Of a stretch of DNA of 64,000 nucleotides, positions 16,266 to 26,741 are shown piece by piece. A program made the position numbers and the translations under genes. Source of the stretch: Oscillospiraceae bacterium (GTDB lineage Bacteria; Bacillota; Clostridia; Oscillospirales; UBA929); NCBI GenBank assembly GCA_031556185.1, contig JAVBTN010000005.1, positions 103,888 to 167,887 on the forward strand, read 5' to 3'. Position 1 is the first letter of the stretch. The number at the start of each line of letters is the position of its first letter. The notes beneath the pieces were generated by a model that was not told where the DNA came from, did not search any database, and was given only the letters and a program-made list of their open reading frames with translations.

Positions 16266-17030
16266 CTAATTTTGAGATTTTACATAAATGTGTATGCAAT
16301 CCCGCAAAAACGACGCTGTTCCTGCTTCGTTTTTGTCATAGTAGGCAGTGAAACGCTCGTCGTCGACGTACATTTGTGCCAGCCCGGCGTGTGCGTCTTT
16401 GTCATACGATGGCCAGAAGTGGCACAGCCACTTTTTGTGAAGCGCAGCGGCTTGTTGGCCCAATGCGCCGGCCGGGTCACCGGTTTTCATGGCGACCGAC
16501 AGCACCTCGGTGAGCTGTGCGGACAGTGCTTGCACCTGTTCGTACTGTTCCGGCGTCATGCGCCTGAACATGTCGTTTGCGGCCGCGGCGCGCGCTGGCC
16601 CATATTTGGCCCGCACCTCGTCTCCATATGCATTTTCATTTTCACTGAGCATCTTTTCTTTAAATCCCTCAAATTTTTCACGGTCTGTCATGTGAATTCT
16701 CCCTTCCTGTCGCGCAATTGTTTTCTCAACGGTGTCCAGTAATACGGTCAGCTGCCGCTGCTTGTGCAGAAGCCGTTCGCGGTGGGCTCGCAGCGCCGAC
16801 ATCTCGTCAAAGCTGGGGGACGTCATCAGGCGCTTGATGTCCGCCAGCGGCAGTCCCATGTCACGGTAGAGCAAAATCTGCTGCAGCCTGTCGACTTGCT
16901 GCGGCCCGTATACGCGGTATCCCGACGCGCTGGTGCGCTCAGGCGTCAACACTCCAATCTTGTCATAGTAGCGCAGTGTTCTCGGCGTCACGCCTGATAA
17001 ATCGGCCAGGGCTTGAACCCCGTATTCCAT
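16266..17030 (-). CDS. MerR-family transcriptional regulator with TipAS-type C-terminal domain
   Basis: HTH LSGVTPRTLRYYDKIGVL plus a C-terminal ...YVDDERFTAYYDK..AGTASFLRDCI region (TipAS-like). Start trimmed to ATG 17030, 6 nt after GGGAGGG. Confidence 0.85.
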   Translation of the reverse strand: MEYGVQALADLSGVTPRTLRYYDKIGVLTPERTSASGYRVYGPQQVDRLQQILLYRDMGLPLADIKRLMTSPSFDEMSALRAHRERLLHKQRQLTVLLDTVEKTIARQEGRIHMTDREKFEGFKEKMLSENENAYGDEVRAKYGPARAAAANDMFRRMTPEQYEQVQALSAQLTEVLSVAMKTGDPAGALGQQAAALHKKWLCHFWPSYDKDAHAGLAQMYVDDERFTAYYDKNEAGTASFLRDCIHIYVKSQN

Positions 17031-17052
17031 GTGCATCCCTCCCACTATGTCC

Positions 17053-17083
17053 AGCATAAACCATGACGCAACGTCAATGTCAA
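17053..17083 (-). promoter_or_regulatory. MerR-type promoter with 19-nt spacer and internal dyad (candidate autoregulatory operator)
   Basis: The minus strand reads TTGACA-ttgacgttgcgtcatggtt-TATGCT. The spacer is 19 nt and contains the dyad TGACG-ttg-CGTCA (plus-strand 17064-17076). Confidence 0.6.
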
Positions 17084-17125
17084 GTCTTTTATTAACATAT
17101 TTAATGTTTTTCAGGAGGAGAGACA

Positions 17126-17701
17126 ATGACAATTCACTTTTACGCGCTGGTTTCTCGCATGAAGCATATTTTCCGCTGGGGGCTCATGCGAAACACACAG
17201 CCGGAAAACCTGCAGGAACACAGCTATATGGTTTCTGTCTTGGCGCACGCGCTGGCGCTTATCCGGCGCGATGTGTTCAAGCTGGACGGCGACCCCGACA
17301 AGGCCGCCGCTGCGGCGCTTTTTCACGACACGGCCGAACTGTATACCGGCGATCTGCCTACACCTGTCAAATATTTTGACCCCGATCTGCGGGCGGCCTA
17401 CAAACGTGTGGAAGACGCCTCCACGGCGAGGTTGCTGTCGCTGCTGCCGGAGCCGCTGCAGGACAGCTACCGGTCGCTGCTGACACAAAAACTGCCGCAG
17501 GAGACGGTGGCCCTGGTACACGCGGCGGACAAGCTGGCGGCCTATGTGAAGTGCATGGAGGAGCTGCGGTCGGGCAATCGTGAATTCGCCCCCGCCGCCG
17601 AACAGACGCTCAGCACACTGCAGGAGCTGGGGCGCCCCGAGGTGGATTGGTTTTTAGCGCACTGCATGCCCTCATTTGGCCTGACGCTGGACGAACTGTA
17701 A
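17126..17701 (+). CDS. HD-domain 5'-deoxynucleotidase (YfbR-like)
   Basis: RWGLMRNTQPENLQEHSYMVSVLAHALA and FHDTAELYTGDLPTPVKY are HD motifs. The gene is divergent from the MerR gene. Confidence 0.8.
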   Translation: MTIHFYALVSRMKHIFRWGLMRNTQPENLQEHSYMVSVLAHALALIRRDVFKLDGDPDKAAAAALFHDTAELYTGDLPTPVKYFDPDLRAAYKRVEDASTARLLSLLPEPLQDSYRSLLTQKLPQETVALVHAADKLAAYVKCMEELRSGNREFAPAAEQTLSTLQELGRPEVDWFLAHCMPSFGLTLDEL

Positions 17702-17878
17702 AGGCACCGCCGGTCTGGTGCTGTGTGGACGGTATAAATGGAAACGGCTGTATTTTGTCCCATGAAATTTTTCTGGCCAAACGGCTGTTTTTTTAGTATA
17801 ATATTAAAGTTGCGATTGTGGCGCAACAAGTCGGAGGCGCCGGGAGACAAACCGGCGCAGGGTAGGAGAACAGTAATT

Positions 17879-19693
17879 ATGGAGCAAAGTAAACTGAGAA
17901 ACGTGGCCATCATCGCTCACGTCGACCATGGCAAGACGACGCTGGTTGACCAGATGCTTAAGCAGGCGGGCGTTTTTCGGGAAAATCAGGCCGTGCAGGA
18001 GCGCGTCATGGATTCTGGCGATTTGGAGCGCGAGCGCGGCATCACCATCCTGGCAAAAAATACGTCAGTTTGTTATAATGACTCGAAAATCAACATCGTG
18101 GATACACCCGGGCATGCCGACTTTGGCGGCGAGGTCGAACGCATCTTAAAAATGGTGGGCGGCGTGTTGCTACTGGTGGACGCGGCCGAAGGGCCCATGC
18201 CGCAGACGCGGTTTGTGCTGGAACGCGCATTGGCTCTGGGGCACAAAATCATCATTGTGATCAACAAGGTTGACCGGCCTGACGCGCGCGTCTACGAGGT
18301 GATCGACGAAGTGCTTGAATTGCTCATGGATCTGAATGCCAATGAAGAGCAGCTGGACTCGCCGGTGCTGTTTTGCTCCGCGCGCCACGGCCTAGCGTCA
18401 TTGGCGCCCGATAACGCGGGCGAGGATTTGACGCCGTTGTTTGACATGATTTTGTCCCATGTCAAGCCGCCTGAGGGCGATCCCGAGGCACCGCTGCAGA
18501 TACTGGTGTCCTCGATTGACTACAACGAATATGTGGGTCGCGTGGGCATCGGGCGCATTGAGCGCGGTCGCATCAGCGTCGGACAGGATGTCGTTGTTGT
18601 TACCCACGGCGAGGACACGCCGCCGCAAAAGGGGAAAATCGTGGCGCTGTATGCCTTTGAGGGGTTGCGACGTGAGCCGATCGAGTCCGCCGCCGCCGGA
18701 GAGATTGTGGCCTTTGCCGGAATCGCCGACATCACCATCGGGCGCACGCTGTGCGACTCGCTGACGCCCGAAGCGCTGGCGTTTTCGGAGATATCCAGGC
18801 CCACCATCGAGATGACATTCAGCGTAAACGACAGTCCCTTTGCCGGAAAAGAGGGCAAATTTGTCACGTCGCGCAACCTGCGTGACCGTCTCTACCGGGA
18901 GCTGTTGCGTGACGTCTCCCTGCGGGTGTCCGACACCGACTCGACCGAGGCGTTTTGCGTGGCCGGACGCGGTGAGATGCATCTGTCCATCCTCATAGAG
19001 ACGATGCGGCGCGAGGGATATGAGTTTCAGGTGTCCACGCCGCGGGTGCTGTACCAGGAGATTGACGGTGTGCGCTGCGAGCCGGTAGAGTCGCTTGTTG
19101 TCGATCTGCCGGAAGGCTCCGCTGGCGCAGTCATTGAAAAAATGGGGGCCAGGCGCGGCGAACTGACCACCATGACGCCGGTGGGCAGCCGCATGAGGCT
19201 GACATTTTTGGTGCCGTCGCGCGGCCTGTTCGGCTACCGCAATGAGTTCTTAACCGATACACGCGGCGAAGGCATTATGAGCTCCGTTTTTCATGGATAT
19301 GAGCCCGTCAAGGGAGACATCAGCCGCCGTCTGAGCGGTTCGTTGGTGGCCTATGAATCCGGAGAGTCCGTTGCTTACGGTCTGTTTAACGCACAGGAGC
19401 GCGGCGCGATGTTTATTGGACCCGGCACACCGGTGTATGCCGGCATGGTGGTCGGACAGGCGGCAAAAAATGAGGATATGTCCGTCAACGTGTGCAAGCG
19501 CAAGCAACTGACGAATATGCGCGCCTCAGGTAGTGACGAGGCGCTGCGGCTGGTGCCCCCGCGCAACATGAGCCTGGAGCAGTGCCTGGAATTTTTGGGT
19601 GAAGACGAACTGCTGGAGGTCACACCCAAAAACTTGCGGCTGCGCAAGCGAATATTGATGCATGAACAACGTATGAAGCAACTCAAAAAATAA
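17879..19693 (+). CDS. typA: translational GTPase TypA/BipA
   Basis: G-domain [31 protein letters not shown] and NKVDR, with BipA-type C-terminal domains. Start trimmed to ATG 17879. Confidence 0.95.
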   Translation: MEQSKLRNVAIIAHVDHGKTTLVDQMLKQAGVFRENQAVQERVMDSGDLERERGITILAKNTSVCYNDSKINIVDTPGHADFGGEVERILKMVGGVLLLVDAAEGPMPQTRFVLERALALGHKIIIVINKVDRPDARVYEVIDEVLELLMDLNANEEQLDSPVLFCSARHGLASLAPDNAGEDLTPLFDMILSHVKPPEGDPEAPLQILVSSIDYNEYVGRVGIGRIERGRISVGQDVVVVTHGEDTPPQKGKIVALYAFEGLRREPIESAAAGEIVAFAGIADITIGRTLCDSLTPEALAFSEISRPTIEMTFSVNDSPFAGKEGKFVTSRNLRDRLYRELLRDVSLRVSDTDSTEAFCVAGRGEMHLSILIETMRREGYEFQVSTPRVLYQEIDGVRCEPVESLVVDLPEGSAGAVIEKMGARRGELTTMTPVGSRMRLTFLVPSRGLFGYRNEFLTDTRGEGIMSSVFHGYEPVKGDISRRLSGSLVAYESGESVAYGLFNAQERGAMFIGPGTPVYAGMVVGQAAKNEDMSVNVCKRKQLTNMRASGSDEALRLVPPRNMSLEQCLEFLGEDELLEVTPKNLRLRKRILMHEQRMKQLKK

Positions 19694-19702
19694 CACCGAA
19701 TC

Positions 19703-19727
19703 GGCGGGGCGTTTGCCCCGCCTTTTT
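19703..19727 (+). terminator. intrinsic terminator after typA
   Basis: GGCGGGGC-gttt-GCCCCGCC followed by TTTTT. Confidence 0.85.
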
Positions 19728-19853
19728 GCGGCGCAAACGCAGGGGTAAATGGCTGCTTTCGGTGGGCGATGGACAATGTAAAATGATGACGAAAACAGTG
19801 ATGTGACAGGAGGCGCCTGTTTGCTGCCGTTTTCTTTGATACCCAATTGTCAT

Positions 19854-19882
19854 TTGCCTTTTTTTATCGATAGAGGTATAAT
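19854..19882 (+). promoter_or_regulatory. sigma-A-type promoter for the ABC exporter pair
   Basis: TTGCCT (19854-19859), N17, TATAAT (19877-19882). Confidence 0.55.
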
Positions 19883-19916
19883 ATGTATTACTGAATTGTC
19901 TGATGAGGTGTTCTTT

Positions 19917-21731
19917 TTGAGTTTGCCCTGGACACGCGGACGCTTGGCCTTGCTGTGGACAGCGGAAAAGGGCCGGCGTGCGCGGTTGTGCGCGGTTGTG
20001 CTGTGTACTTTGCTAACAGTTTTCTTTCAGTTGCTTACACCGCAAGTCATTCGGCTGACAGTGGATTCGGTCATTGATGACAAGCCTTTTTCCCTGCTCG
20101 GCGCACTGACGGGTTTGGTCGACGCACTGGGTGGGCGTGCGTATTTGCGTGAGGCGTTGTGGATTCCGGCGCTGGCTGTCATTGGGGTCGGCTTGTTGGG
20201 CGGCCTGTTCAACCTCATCCGCCGCTATTTTGTGCTGGAAAACGCCGAGTTTGTCGCCCAGAAGCTGCGCAACACGCTGTACGGGCACATCCAGACGTTG
20301 CCATACGATTGGCATGTCAATATTCAAACCGGCGACATCATCCAGCGAAGCACCTCGGATGTGGACACCGTACGCACATTTTTGTCAAGCCAGATGGGTG
20401 AGATGGTGCGTTCGCTGGCCCTTGTTGCGTCGGCGCTGTTTTTTATGTTTTCGATGGACTTGACCATGACGCTGGCCACATTGTCGCTGCTGCCGTTCAT
20501 ATTTTTGTACTCATGGCGGCTTTCGAGGTCTGTGTCCAAGCGCTTTCAGGAGGCTGACGAAGCCGAGGGCGCGCTGCAGGCGGTGGCGCAGGAGAACCTG
20601 ACTGGTGTGCGCGTTGTCAGAGCCTTTGGCCGCGAGCGTTTTGAAGTCGACCGCTTCAACGAGAAGAACAACGCGTGGGCCAACCTGGTCATACGGATGG
20701 GTGACCTGCTCGGCAACTTTTGGGGTACGGGAGATATTATTACCGGCCTGCAAATGGTCATTGTAATGGCCGTGGGCGTCATGCGGTGCACAACCGGCCT
20801 GACGCCGGCCACCTTTCTCACCTTTTATGCTTACGCCAATATGCTTATTTGGCCGGTGCGCAACCTGGGGCGAGTGCTGACCGACATGAGCAAGTCCAGC
20901 GTCTCCCTCGGCCGCATCAAGGAGATCTTGGCGGCGGCGCCCGAAACTGACGCACCCGACGACCTGACGCCGCCCATCACGGGCGAGATCCGCTTTGAAC
21001 ACGTGACATTTGGCTATAAAGACCAGCCGCCTGTGCTCAAGGACATCTCCTTTACCCTGAAGCGCGGGCAAACCCTGGCCATTTTGGGCGGCACCGGCAG
21101 CGGCAAATCCTCACTGGTGCACCTGCTGTGCCGTTTGTATGACCTGCCGGATGACGGCGGGCGCATCACCGTTGACGGCTTCGACATCCGTCATATCCGC
21201 CGCCATTGGTTGCGGCGTCACGTGGGTCTGGTGCTGCAAGAACCCTTTTTGTTTTCCAAGACCATACATGAAAACATCAGCCTGACGGCGCCCAGCGCGG
21301 ACAGGGAGCAGGTGTGCCATGCGGCGCAGCTGGCCGCCCTGCACGACTCCATTGAGGACTTTTCACAGGGATATGACACCCTAATCGGTGAGCGCGGGGT
21401 CACCCTGTCGGGCGGTCAACGCCAGCGCGTGGCCATTGCACGCATGCTGATGCAGGACGCACCCATCATGATTTTTGACGACAGCCTGTCCGCCGTGGAC
21501 ACCGAGACTGACGCCCGTATCCGCCGCGCGCTGCGCGAAAAAACGGCCCATGCCGCTACCATCATCATCTCGCATCGGCTGTCCACGCTGATGCAGGCCG
21601 ACACTATTTTGGTGCTCAGGGACGGCCTCGTTGAGGAAATGGGCACGCACGATCAGTTGGTGGCGGGCGCCGGCACCTACCGCCGCATCTTTGAGATGCA
21701 GGGTCGCCTGGAAGAGGAGGTGTCGACATGA
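19917..21731 (+). CDS. ABC exporter, fused permease/ATPase subunit (heterodimer partner 1)
   Basis: Six-TM type-I exporter domain plus Walker A GGTGSGKSS, signature LSGGQRQRVAIARML and Walker B IMIFDDSLSAVD. TTG start at 19917, 6 nt after GAGGTG, is my choice; the track ORF begins at 19803. Confidence 0.85.
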   Translation: MSLPWTRGRLALLWTAEKGRRARLCAVVLCTLLTVFFQLLTPQVIRLTVDSVIDDKPFSLLGALTGLVDALGGRAYLREALWIPALAVIGVGLLGGLFNLIRRYFVLENAEFVAQKLRNTLYGHIQTLPYDWHVNIQTGDIIQRSTSDVDTVRTFLSSQMGEMVRSLALVASALFFMFSMDLTMTLATLSLLPFIFLYSWRLSRSVSKRFQEADEAEGALQAVAQENLTGVRVVRAFGRERFEVDRFNEKNNAWANLVIRMGDLLGNFWGTGDIITGLQMVIVMAVGVMRCTTGLTPATFLTFYAYANMLIWPVRNLGRVLTDMSKSSVSLGRIKEILAAAPETDAPDDLTPPITGEIRFEHVTFGYKDQPPVLKDISFTLKRGQTLAILGGTGSGKSSLVHLLCRLYDLPDDGGRITVDGFDIRHIRRHWLRRHVGLVLQEPFLFSKTIHENISLTAPSADREQVCHAAQLAALHDSIEDFSQGYDTLIGERGVTLSGGQRQRVAIARMLMQDAPIMIFDDSLSAVDTETDARIRRALREKTAHAATIIISHRLSTLMQADTILVLRDGLVEEMGTHDQLVAGAGTYRRIFEMQGRLEEEVST

Positions 21732-23578
21732 CGGGCTACGACGAATATGACTATAACAAACCGTTTTCGCTGAAAGTCTGGGCAAAAATGTTGCCCTTCA
21801 TGCGTCCCTACCGGAAAAAGCTGCTGCTTATTGGCCTGCTCATGACGTTGGCCGCGCTGGTCGATGTGGCGCTGCCGCTGTTGCTGCGGTACGCCGTGGA
21901 TCACTTTGTTGAACCCGGCACGACAGAAGGGCTGCCGCTGTTTATCCTGCTGGCGTTGGTGCTGGTTGTTACGTCCGGCGTGGCCGTCATTTTCTTCATT
22001 CGTGTGGCCATGCGCGTGGAATTTGGCATGGGCTGCGACTTGCGCAGAGCCACGTTCACACACCTGCAAACACTCTCTTTTTCGTATTATAACAGTACGC
22101 CGGTCGGCTATATTCTGGCGCGCGTGATGAGCGATACGGCCCATATCGGCGACATGGTTGCCTGGGGTGTTGTGGATCTTGTTTGGGCACTGATTTACAT
22201 CGTCGGTGTGTTTGTGGCCATGATTGTCCTGCAATGGCAGCTAGCGCTCATTGCGCTGGCCGCCGTGCCGCTGATCGCGCTGTGTACGGCGTGGTTTCAA
22301 AACCGTATCCTCAAGCTCAACCGGCAGGTGCGCAAGCTCAACTCAACCATCACGGGAGCCATGAACGAGGGCATTTCGGGCGCGCGCACAAACAAGACGC
22401 TGGCCATTGAAGCGCAGAGCCTCGGCGAGTTTTCGTCGCTCACAGCGCGCATGAAGCAAAAGAGTTCGCTGATGGCGCGCTACAACGCCTTTTTTTTGCC
22501 GCTGCTGCTTTTTATCGGTTCGATGGCCACCGCCTGGGGACTGGCCGCCGGCGGCGGCATGGTCATCCGATTCATCATACCGCTGGGGACGCTGGCGGCC
22601 TTTATCAACTACGCCATGGGCATTTATGAACCCATACAAAATATTGCCCGCATCCTAGCGGATTTTGTGTCCACACAGGCAAACATTGAGCGTGTAACCA
22701 TGCTGCTGGAGCGCCGGCCGGACATCACCGATACCCCGGAGGTCATTGAAAAATACGGCGACACCTTTAACCCCAAACGCGAAAACTGGGAGGAGATCAG
22801 AGGCGAAATCACCTTTAGCGACGTCACCTTCCGCTACCCAGACGGCATGGAAAATGTGCTTGAGCACTTCAACCTGACCGTGCCGGCCGGCAGTTTTGTC
22901 GCCATTGTCGGCGAAACGGGGGCGGGCAAATCCACGCTGGTCAACCTGGTGTGTCGCTTTTTTGAGCCGACGGAGGGGCAAGTGCTTATCGACGGGCGGG
23001 ACGCGCGTGAGCGCAGCCAGCTTTGGCTGCATTCCCACATCGGCTATGTGCTGCAAAACCCGCATCTGTTTTCCGGTACGGTGCGCGAAAATATCCGTTA
23101 CGGTCGTTTGGACGCCACGGATGAGGAGGTCGAGCAGGCCGCGCGCATGGCTTACGCCGGTCATGTTATCGACAAACTGTCCAACGGCATGGATGCCGAT
23201 GTCGGAGAGGGCGGCGACAGACTGTCCACCGGTGAAAAACAGCTGATTTCCTTTGCGCGCGCCGTTCTCGCCGATCCGCGCATTTTTGTGCTCGACGAAG
23301 CGACCTCGAGCGTCGACACCGAAACGGAGGCGCTCATTCAAAACGCCACGCGACACCTGCTGCACGGGCGCACCTCCTTTGTCATTGCGCACCGGCTTTC
23401 CACCATACGCGAGGCCGATGTGATTTTGGTGGTGCGTGACGGACACATCATTGAGCAGGGCACGCACCGCGAGCTTATTCGCGCACGCGGCCACTATTAC
23501 GCGCTGTATACGCGGCAGTTTGAGGAAGAGGAGCAGGATAAACTGCTAAGCAGCAGGACGGATGCTTCGGAGAAATGA
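21728..23578 (+). CDS. ABC exporter, fused permease/ATPase subunit (heterodimer partner 2)
   Basis: Walker A GETGAGKST, degenerate-looking signature LSTGEKQLISFARAV and Walker B IFVLDEATSSVD. ATGA overlap with the upstream partner. Confidence 0.9.
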   Translation: MTGYDEYDYNKPFSLKVWAKMLPFMRPYRKKLLLIGLLMTLAALVDVALPLLLRYAVDHFVEPGTTEGLPLFILLALVLVVTSGVAVIFFIRVAMRVEFGMGCDLRRATFTHLQTLSFSYYNSTPVGYILARVMSDTAHIGDMVAWGVVDLVWALIYIVGVFVAMIVLQWQLALIALAAVPLIALCTAWFQNRILKLNRQVRKLNSTITGAMNEGISGARTNKTLAIEAQSLGEFSSLTARMKQKSSLMARYNAFFLPLLLFIGSMATAWGLAAGGGMVIRFIIPLGTLAAFINYAMGIYEPIQNIARILADFVSTQANIERVTMLLERRPDITDTPEVIEKYGDTFNPKRENWEEIRGEITFSDVTFRYPDGMENVLEHFNLTVPAGSFVAIVGETGAGKSTLVNLVCRFFEPTEGQVLIDGRDARERSQLWLHSHIGYVLQNPHLFSGTVRENIRYGRLDATDEEVEQAARMAYAGHVIDKLSNGMDADVGEGGDRLSTGEKQLISFARAVLADPRIFVLDEATSSVDTETEALIQNATRHLLHGRTSFVIAHRLSTIREADVILVVRDGHIIEQGTHRELIRARGHYYALYTRQFEEEEQDKLLSSRTDASEK

Positions 23579-23587
23579 GGAAGGGCA

Positions 23588-24505
23588 ATGAATGCGGCCT
23601 TGATGAAACACCTGACGACACATGGATGTGTGGCCTCGGTGCAGCCCCTGCGGCGGATCGACGATCTGATTGCCGATATGGAGAAATTGGAGAAGGGTGA
23701 CTTTCACACCGGATACATCGACTGGATGGCGTGGCTAAGGGAGCAGTTTTATCCGGACGGGCTTCCCTTTACGCCGCGGTCTCTAATTGTGGCAGCGTCG
23801 CTGAGCCCACTGTGTCAGGTCTCGTTTACGGTTCAGAAAAAAAGAACGCTGGTGCCGCTGCCGCCCACATACGCTGACAACAGTCGGCGTGAGTCCCAAC
23901 TGGTGGCCGCGATTGATGCATTTTTGTGGCCGCTGGGTTACCGGGCCGCCCCCACTTACAAGTTGCCCAAAAAGCTGTTGGCTGTGCGCAGCGGTCTGGG
24001 TCGATACGGACGCAACAACATTTGTTATGTTGGCTCCTGGGGCAGCTATGTGGTGCTAAACACCTTTTTTTCCGACTTGCCCTGCGAAGAGGCGCCTTGG
24101 TTTTCCCCGCGTCTGCTGGATGAGTGTGCGCATTGCCACGCCTGTCTGGAAGCCTGTCCGACGGGCGCGATAGACCCGCATCGGTTGCTCATTGACGCCG
24201 ATCGGTGTCTGACTAGATTCAATGAAAATGAAGGCAACTTTCCCGACTGGCTGCCGCCCGACGCGCATGTGTGCCTGGTCGGCTGCATGCGCTGTCAAGA
24301 GACTTGCCCGGCTAACAATCGGTTTGTCGGCGACGTGATCTGTGACTTTGACGAGCGGGAGACGAGCGCCATTTTGCACCACGCGCCCGGGCAGGCATAT
24401 GAAGACGCGCTGGAGGAAAAGCTGCTGAGCATCGGCATGGATGATTACCGTGATATATTGTCGCGCAACCTGTCGGCTGTATTGGGGAAAATGACCGCCC
24501 ACTGA
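23588..24505 (+). CDS. 4Fe-4S dicluster protein, epoxyqueuosine-reductase (QueG)-like / reductive-dehalogenase-like
   Basis: Two ferredoxin-type motifs, CAHCHACLEACPTGAI and CLVGCMRCQETCPAN. Length (305 aa) and N-terminal region resemble short QueG-like proteins of Clostridia. Confidence 0.6.
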   Translation: MNAALMKHLTTHGCVASVQPLRRIDDLIADMEKLEKGDFHTGYIDWMAWLREQFYPDGLPFTPRSLIVAASLSPLCQVSFTVQKKRTLVPLPPTYADNSRRESQLVAAIDAFLWPLGYRAAPTYKLPKKLLAVRSGLGRYGRNNICYVGSWGSYVVLNTFFSDLPCEEAPWFSPRLLDECAHCHACLEACPTGAIDPHRLLIDADRCLTRFNENEGNFPDWLPPDAHVCLVGCMRCQETCPANNRFVGDVICDFDERETSAILHHAPGQAYEDALEEKLLSIGMDDYRDILSRNLSAVLGKMTAH

Positions 24506-24573
24506 GCGCCGTCACACATCGGGCCTGTTCGTCAGAAAGATGCGGTGTCGTCTTATAGAGAGGAGAAGTGGAT

Positions 24574-25515
24574 ATGAAAAAAACGGTGTGCCTGTGTCTG
24601 CTTGCGGCGCTGCTGGCCGGTCTGCTTTGGGGATGCGCTAAGGACGGCAAGGAAAATGTGACATCGCCGCCGCCAGCCAGTCCTACGCCGACGGAATCTC
24701 CCTCCCCGTCTCCTGTGTCTCTCAAAGAGCCGCTGGGCAATACCATCACGGCCCGCTTTTTGCCCCCGTCCGGCTTTACGCGCGTGACCTCGTCTGTGAG
24801 CAGTTTTGGCGACTACCTGCAACATCTGCCGCTCAAAGAGGACGGCGCGCCCGTGCTGCTGTTTGACGGCCGGGAACGGTTGGATTCGGCACATGAGGCC
24901 GTCATCAATATGGACATCGGGAAAACCGACGTCCAGCAGGGGTCTGACGCGCTCATCCGCCTGAGGGCGGAGTATTTATACAACGTCAGTCACTATGACG
25001 AGATCAACTACCACTTTTTGTCGGGGTTTTTGTGCTCCTTCAGCCGCTGGAGCCAGGGATACAGAGTCAAAGTTGACGGCAAAAACGTGGAATGGGAGAA
25101 GAAGGAAGACCCCTCCACCGACTACGCCACGCTGCAAAAATATCTCAATACGCTGTTTGTGTACGCCAATACCCGTTCGTTGATCGCCGAGCTCTCCAAA
25201 GCCGCTGGCATGCAGCTGGGCGATGTGTTTATCAACACCGAGTTTGGCGGCGTGATGATTGTCGATATGGCCGTGCACCCGGATACGCAAGAGACGGTGT
25301 TTATGCTGGTGCAGGCCAAGATCCCCGCGCAGGAACTGCACATCCTCAAAAATGAGAATGATCCGAGTATCTCCCCGTGGTACCGCGCCAGCGACATCGA
25401 TCCGCTGGTGACGCCTGAGGGCACGTACCAAAAAGACGACCTGATGCGCTTTGATGAAATTGCGTTTGCGCAATCGTCGCAGGAAATTACGCCGCCCACA
25501 GAGGAAGCGGCATGA
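24574..25515 (+). CDS. lipoprotein, DUF4846-like
   Basis: Lipobox LLAGLLWGC followed by a Pro/Ser/Thr linker. FLPPSGFTRV...SFGDYLQHLPLKEDGAPVLLFDG resembles my recollection of DUF4846, which is unverified. Confidence 0.5.
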   Translation: MKKTVCLCLLAALLAGLLWGCAKDGKENVTSPPPASPTPTESPSPSPVSLKEPLGNTITARFLPPSGFTRVTSSVSSFGDYLQHLPLKEDGAPVLLFDGRERLDSAHEAVINMDIGKTDVQQGSDALIRLRAEYLYNVSHYDEINYHFLSGFLCSFSRWSQGYRVKVDGKNVEWEKKEDPSTDYATLQKYLNTLFVYANTRSLIAELSKAAGMQLGDVFINTEFGGVMIVDMAVHPDTQETVFMLVQAKIPAQELHILKNENDPSISPWYRASDIDPLVTPEGTYQKDDLMRFDEIAFAQSSQEITPPTEEAA

Positions 25516-25619
25516 GGACTCCGTGCAAACACAGGGACGACAGGAAAATGGCGCGACAGGGCGTTTTGCTGCGCGGGTAGGACGGCCGGATACACACGAA
25601 CCTGAGGGAGGACAAGCAC

Positions 25620-26723
25620 ATGTTTTACATCCCCACAAAGGTGGTCTCAGGCGTCGGTTGCCTGCGCGATTCTCTGGCAGACATCCGGGCGCTGGGCATT
25701 CATGCTGTCTTTGTCGTGACCAGTGCCAGCGCCGGAATTCTCTCCGGCGCGCTTGACGATGTGCGCCATGTGTGCGAGACAATGTCGCTGCCCATGCGGG
25801 TGTTTGACGGCATCGGACAGAACCCGGACATTGCCGACTGCCGTGAGGCGGGCCGTCAGGCGCACGAGTTTGGCGCCGACTGTATTTTGGGCATTGGCGG
25901 CGGGTCTCCGCTGGATGCGGCCAAAGCGGTCGCCGCCTTTGCCATCCGACCGGACATGCCGGCGATGTCGCTGTACAACTGGGGGGACAAACCCACACTG
26001 CCGATCCTGGCCGTTCCCACAACAGCGGGTACCGGCAGCGAAACCAACTCGTTTTCGGTGTTGACCGTTGACAACGGTGCGCGCAAGCTGACATACAAAG
26101 GCCCGCAGAATTTTCCCAAACTGGCGTTTCTTGACCCACGCTATACGGCGTCTTTGCCGGACACGTACGCCATGGCCACCGCGCTTGACGCCCTGTGCCA
26201 CGCGGTGGAGTCCTATCTCACGCCGTTTGCCACCCCGGTCACTGAGGCGCTGTCACTGCGTGCGGCGCGTGATCTTTGGCGCGGCGTACTCGCCCTGCGG
26301 CAGGGGCCGCCGGATGAGGCGCTGCGGTTTTCCCTGCTCAAAGTGTCCTGTATGGCGGGCATGGCCATCCAGCACACCGGCACGGGCATGCCGCACCCGA
26401 TGGGGTACGCGTTGTCGCTCAATTACGGTTTGCCGCATGGATCGGCGTGCGCATTGTTTTTACCGGCTCATCTGCACATGCTAATGGGGGTTGTGCCAAA
26501 TCGCGTAGAAACCGTTCTCGCGGCCATGGAGATGGACTTGACCACCCTGACCGAGACGCTGTCACGACTGCATGGGTTTGGCAAGGTGCTCACCGATGAG
26601 GAGATCTTGCGATATGTCGGCCTTGTCGCGTCTTCGGTACAGCTGCACAACGGGCATGTAACCGTTGCGCCGGAACAGATGACCGCGCTGTATAGGCAGT
26701 TGCCGGCCACGCCCATCCTTTGA
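25620..26723 (+). CDS. iron-containing (group III) alcohol dehydrogenase family protein
   Basis: GIGGGSPLDAAKA, VPTTAGTGSE, and His-rich metal site region HAVESY / HPMGY. Confidence 0.85.
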   Translation: MFYIPTKVVSGVGCLRDSLADIRALGIHAVFVVTSASAGILSGALDDVRHVCETMSLPMRVFDGIGQNPDIADCREAGRQAHEFGADCILGIGGGSPLDAAKAVAAFAIRPDMPAMSLYNWGDKPTLPILAVPTTAGTGSETNSFSVLTVDNGARKLTYKGPQNFPKLAFLDPRYTASLPDTYAMATALDALCHAVESYLTPFATPVTEALSLRAARDLWRGVLALRQGPPDEALRFSLLKVSCMAGMAIQHTGTGMPHPMGYALSLNYGLPHGSACALFLPAHLHMLMGVVPNRVETVLAAMEMDLTTLTETLSRLHGFGKVLTDEEILRYVGLVASSVQLHNGHVTVAPEQMTALYRQLPATPIL

Positions 26724-26741
26724 CTGACTAGGTGATGCTTC

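Noticed and set aside
19978-20001. 10-bp tandem duplication GTGCGCGGTT x2 inside the 5' end of the first ABC exporter gene
   Set aside because: Not being a multiple of three, it could mark a frameshift. However, the current frame gives a sensible N-terminal TM1 region (…RRARLCAVVLCTLLTVFFQLLTPQVIRLTVDSVI), and no better start exists in the alternative frame, so there is no evidence of disruption.
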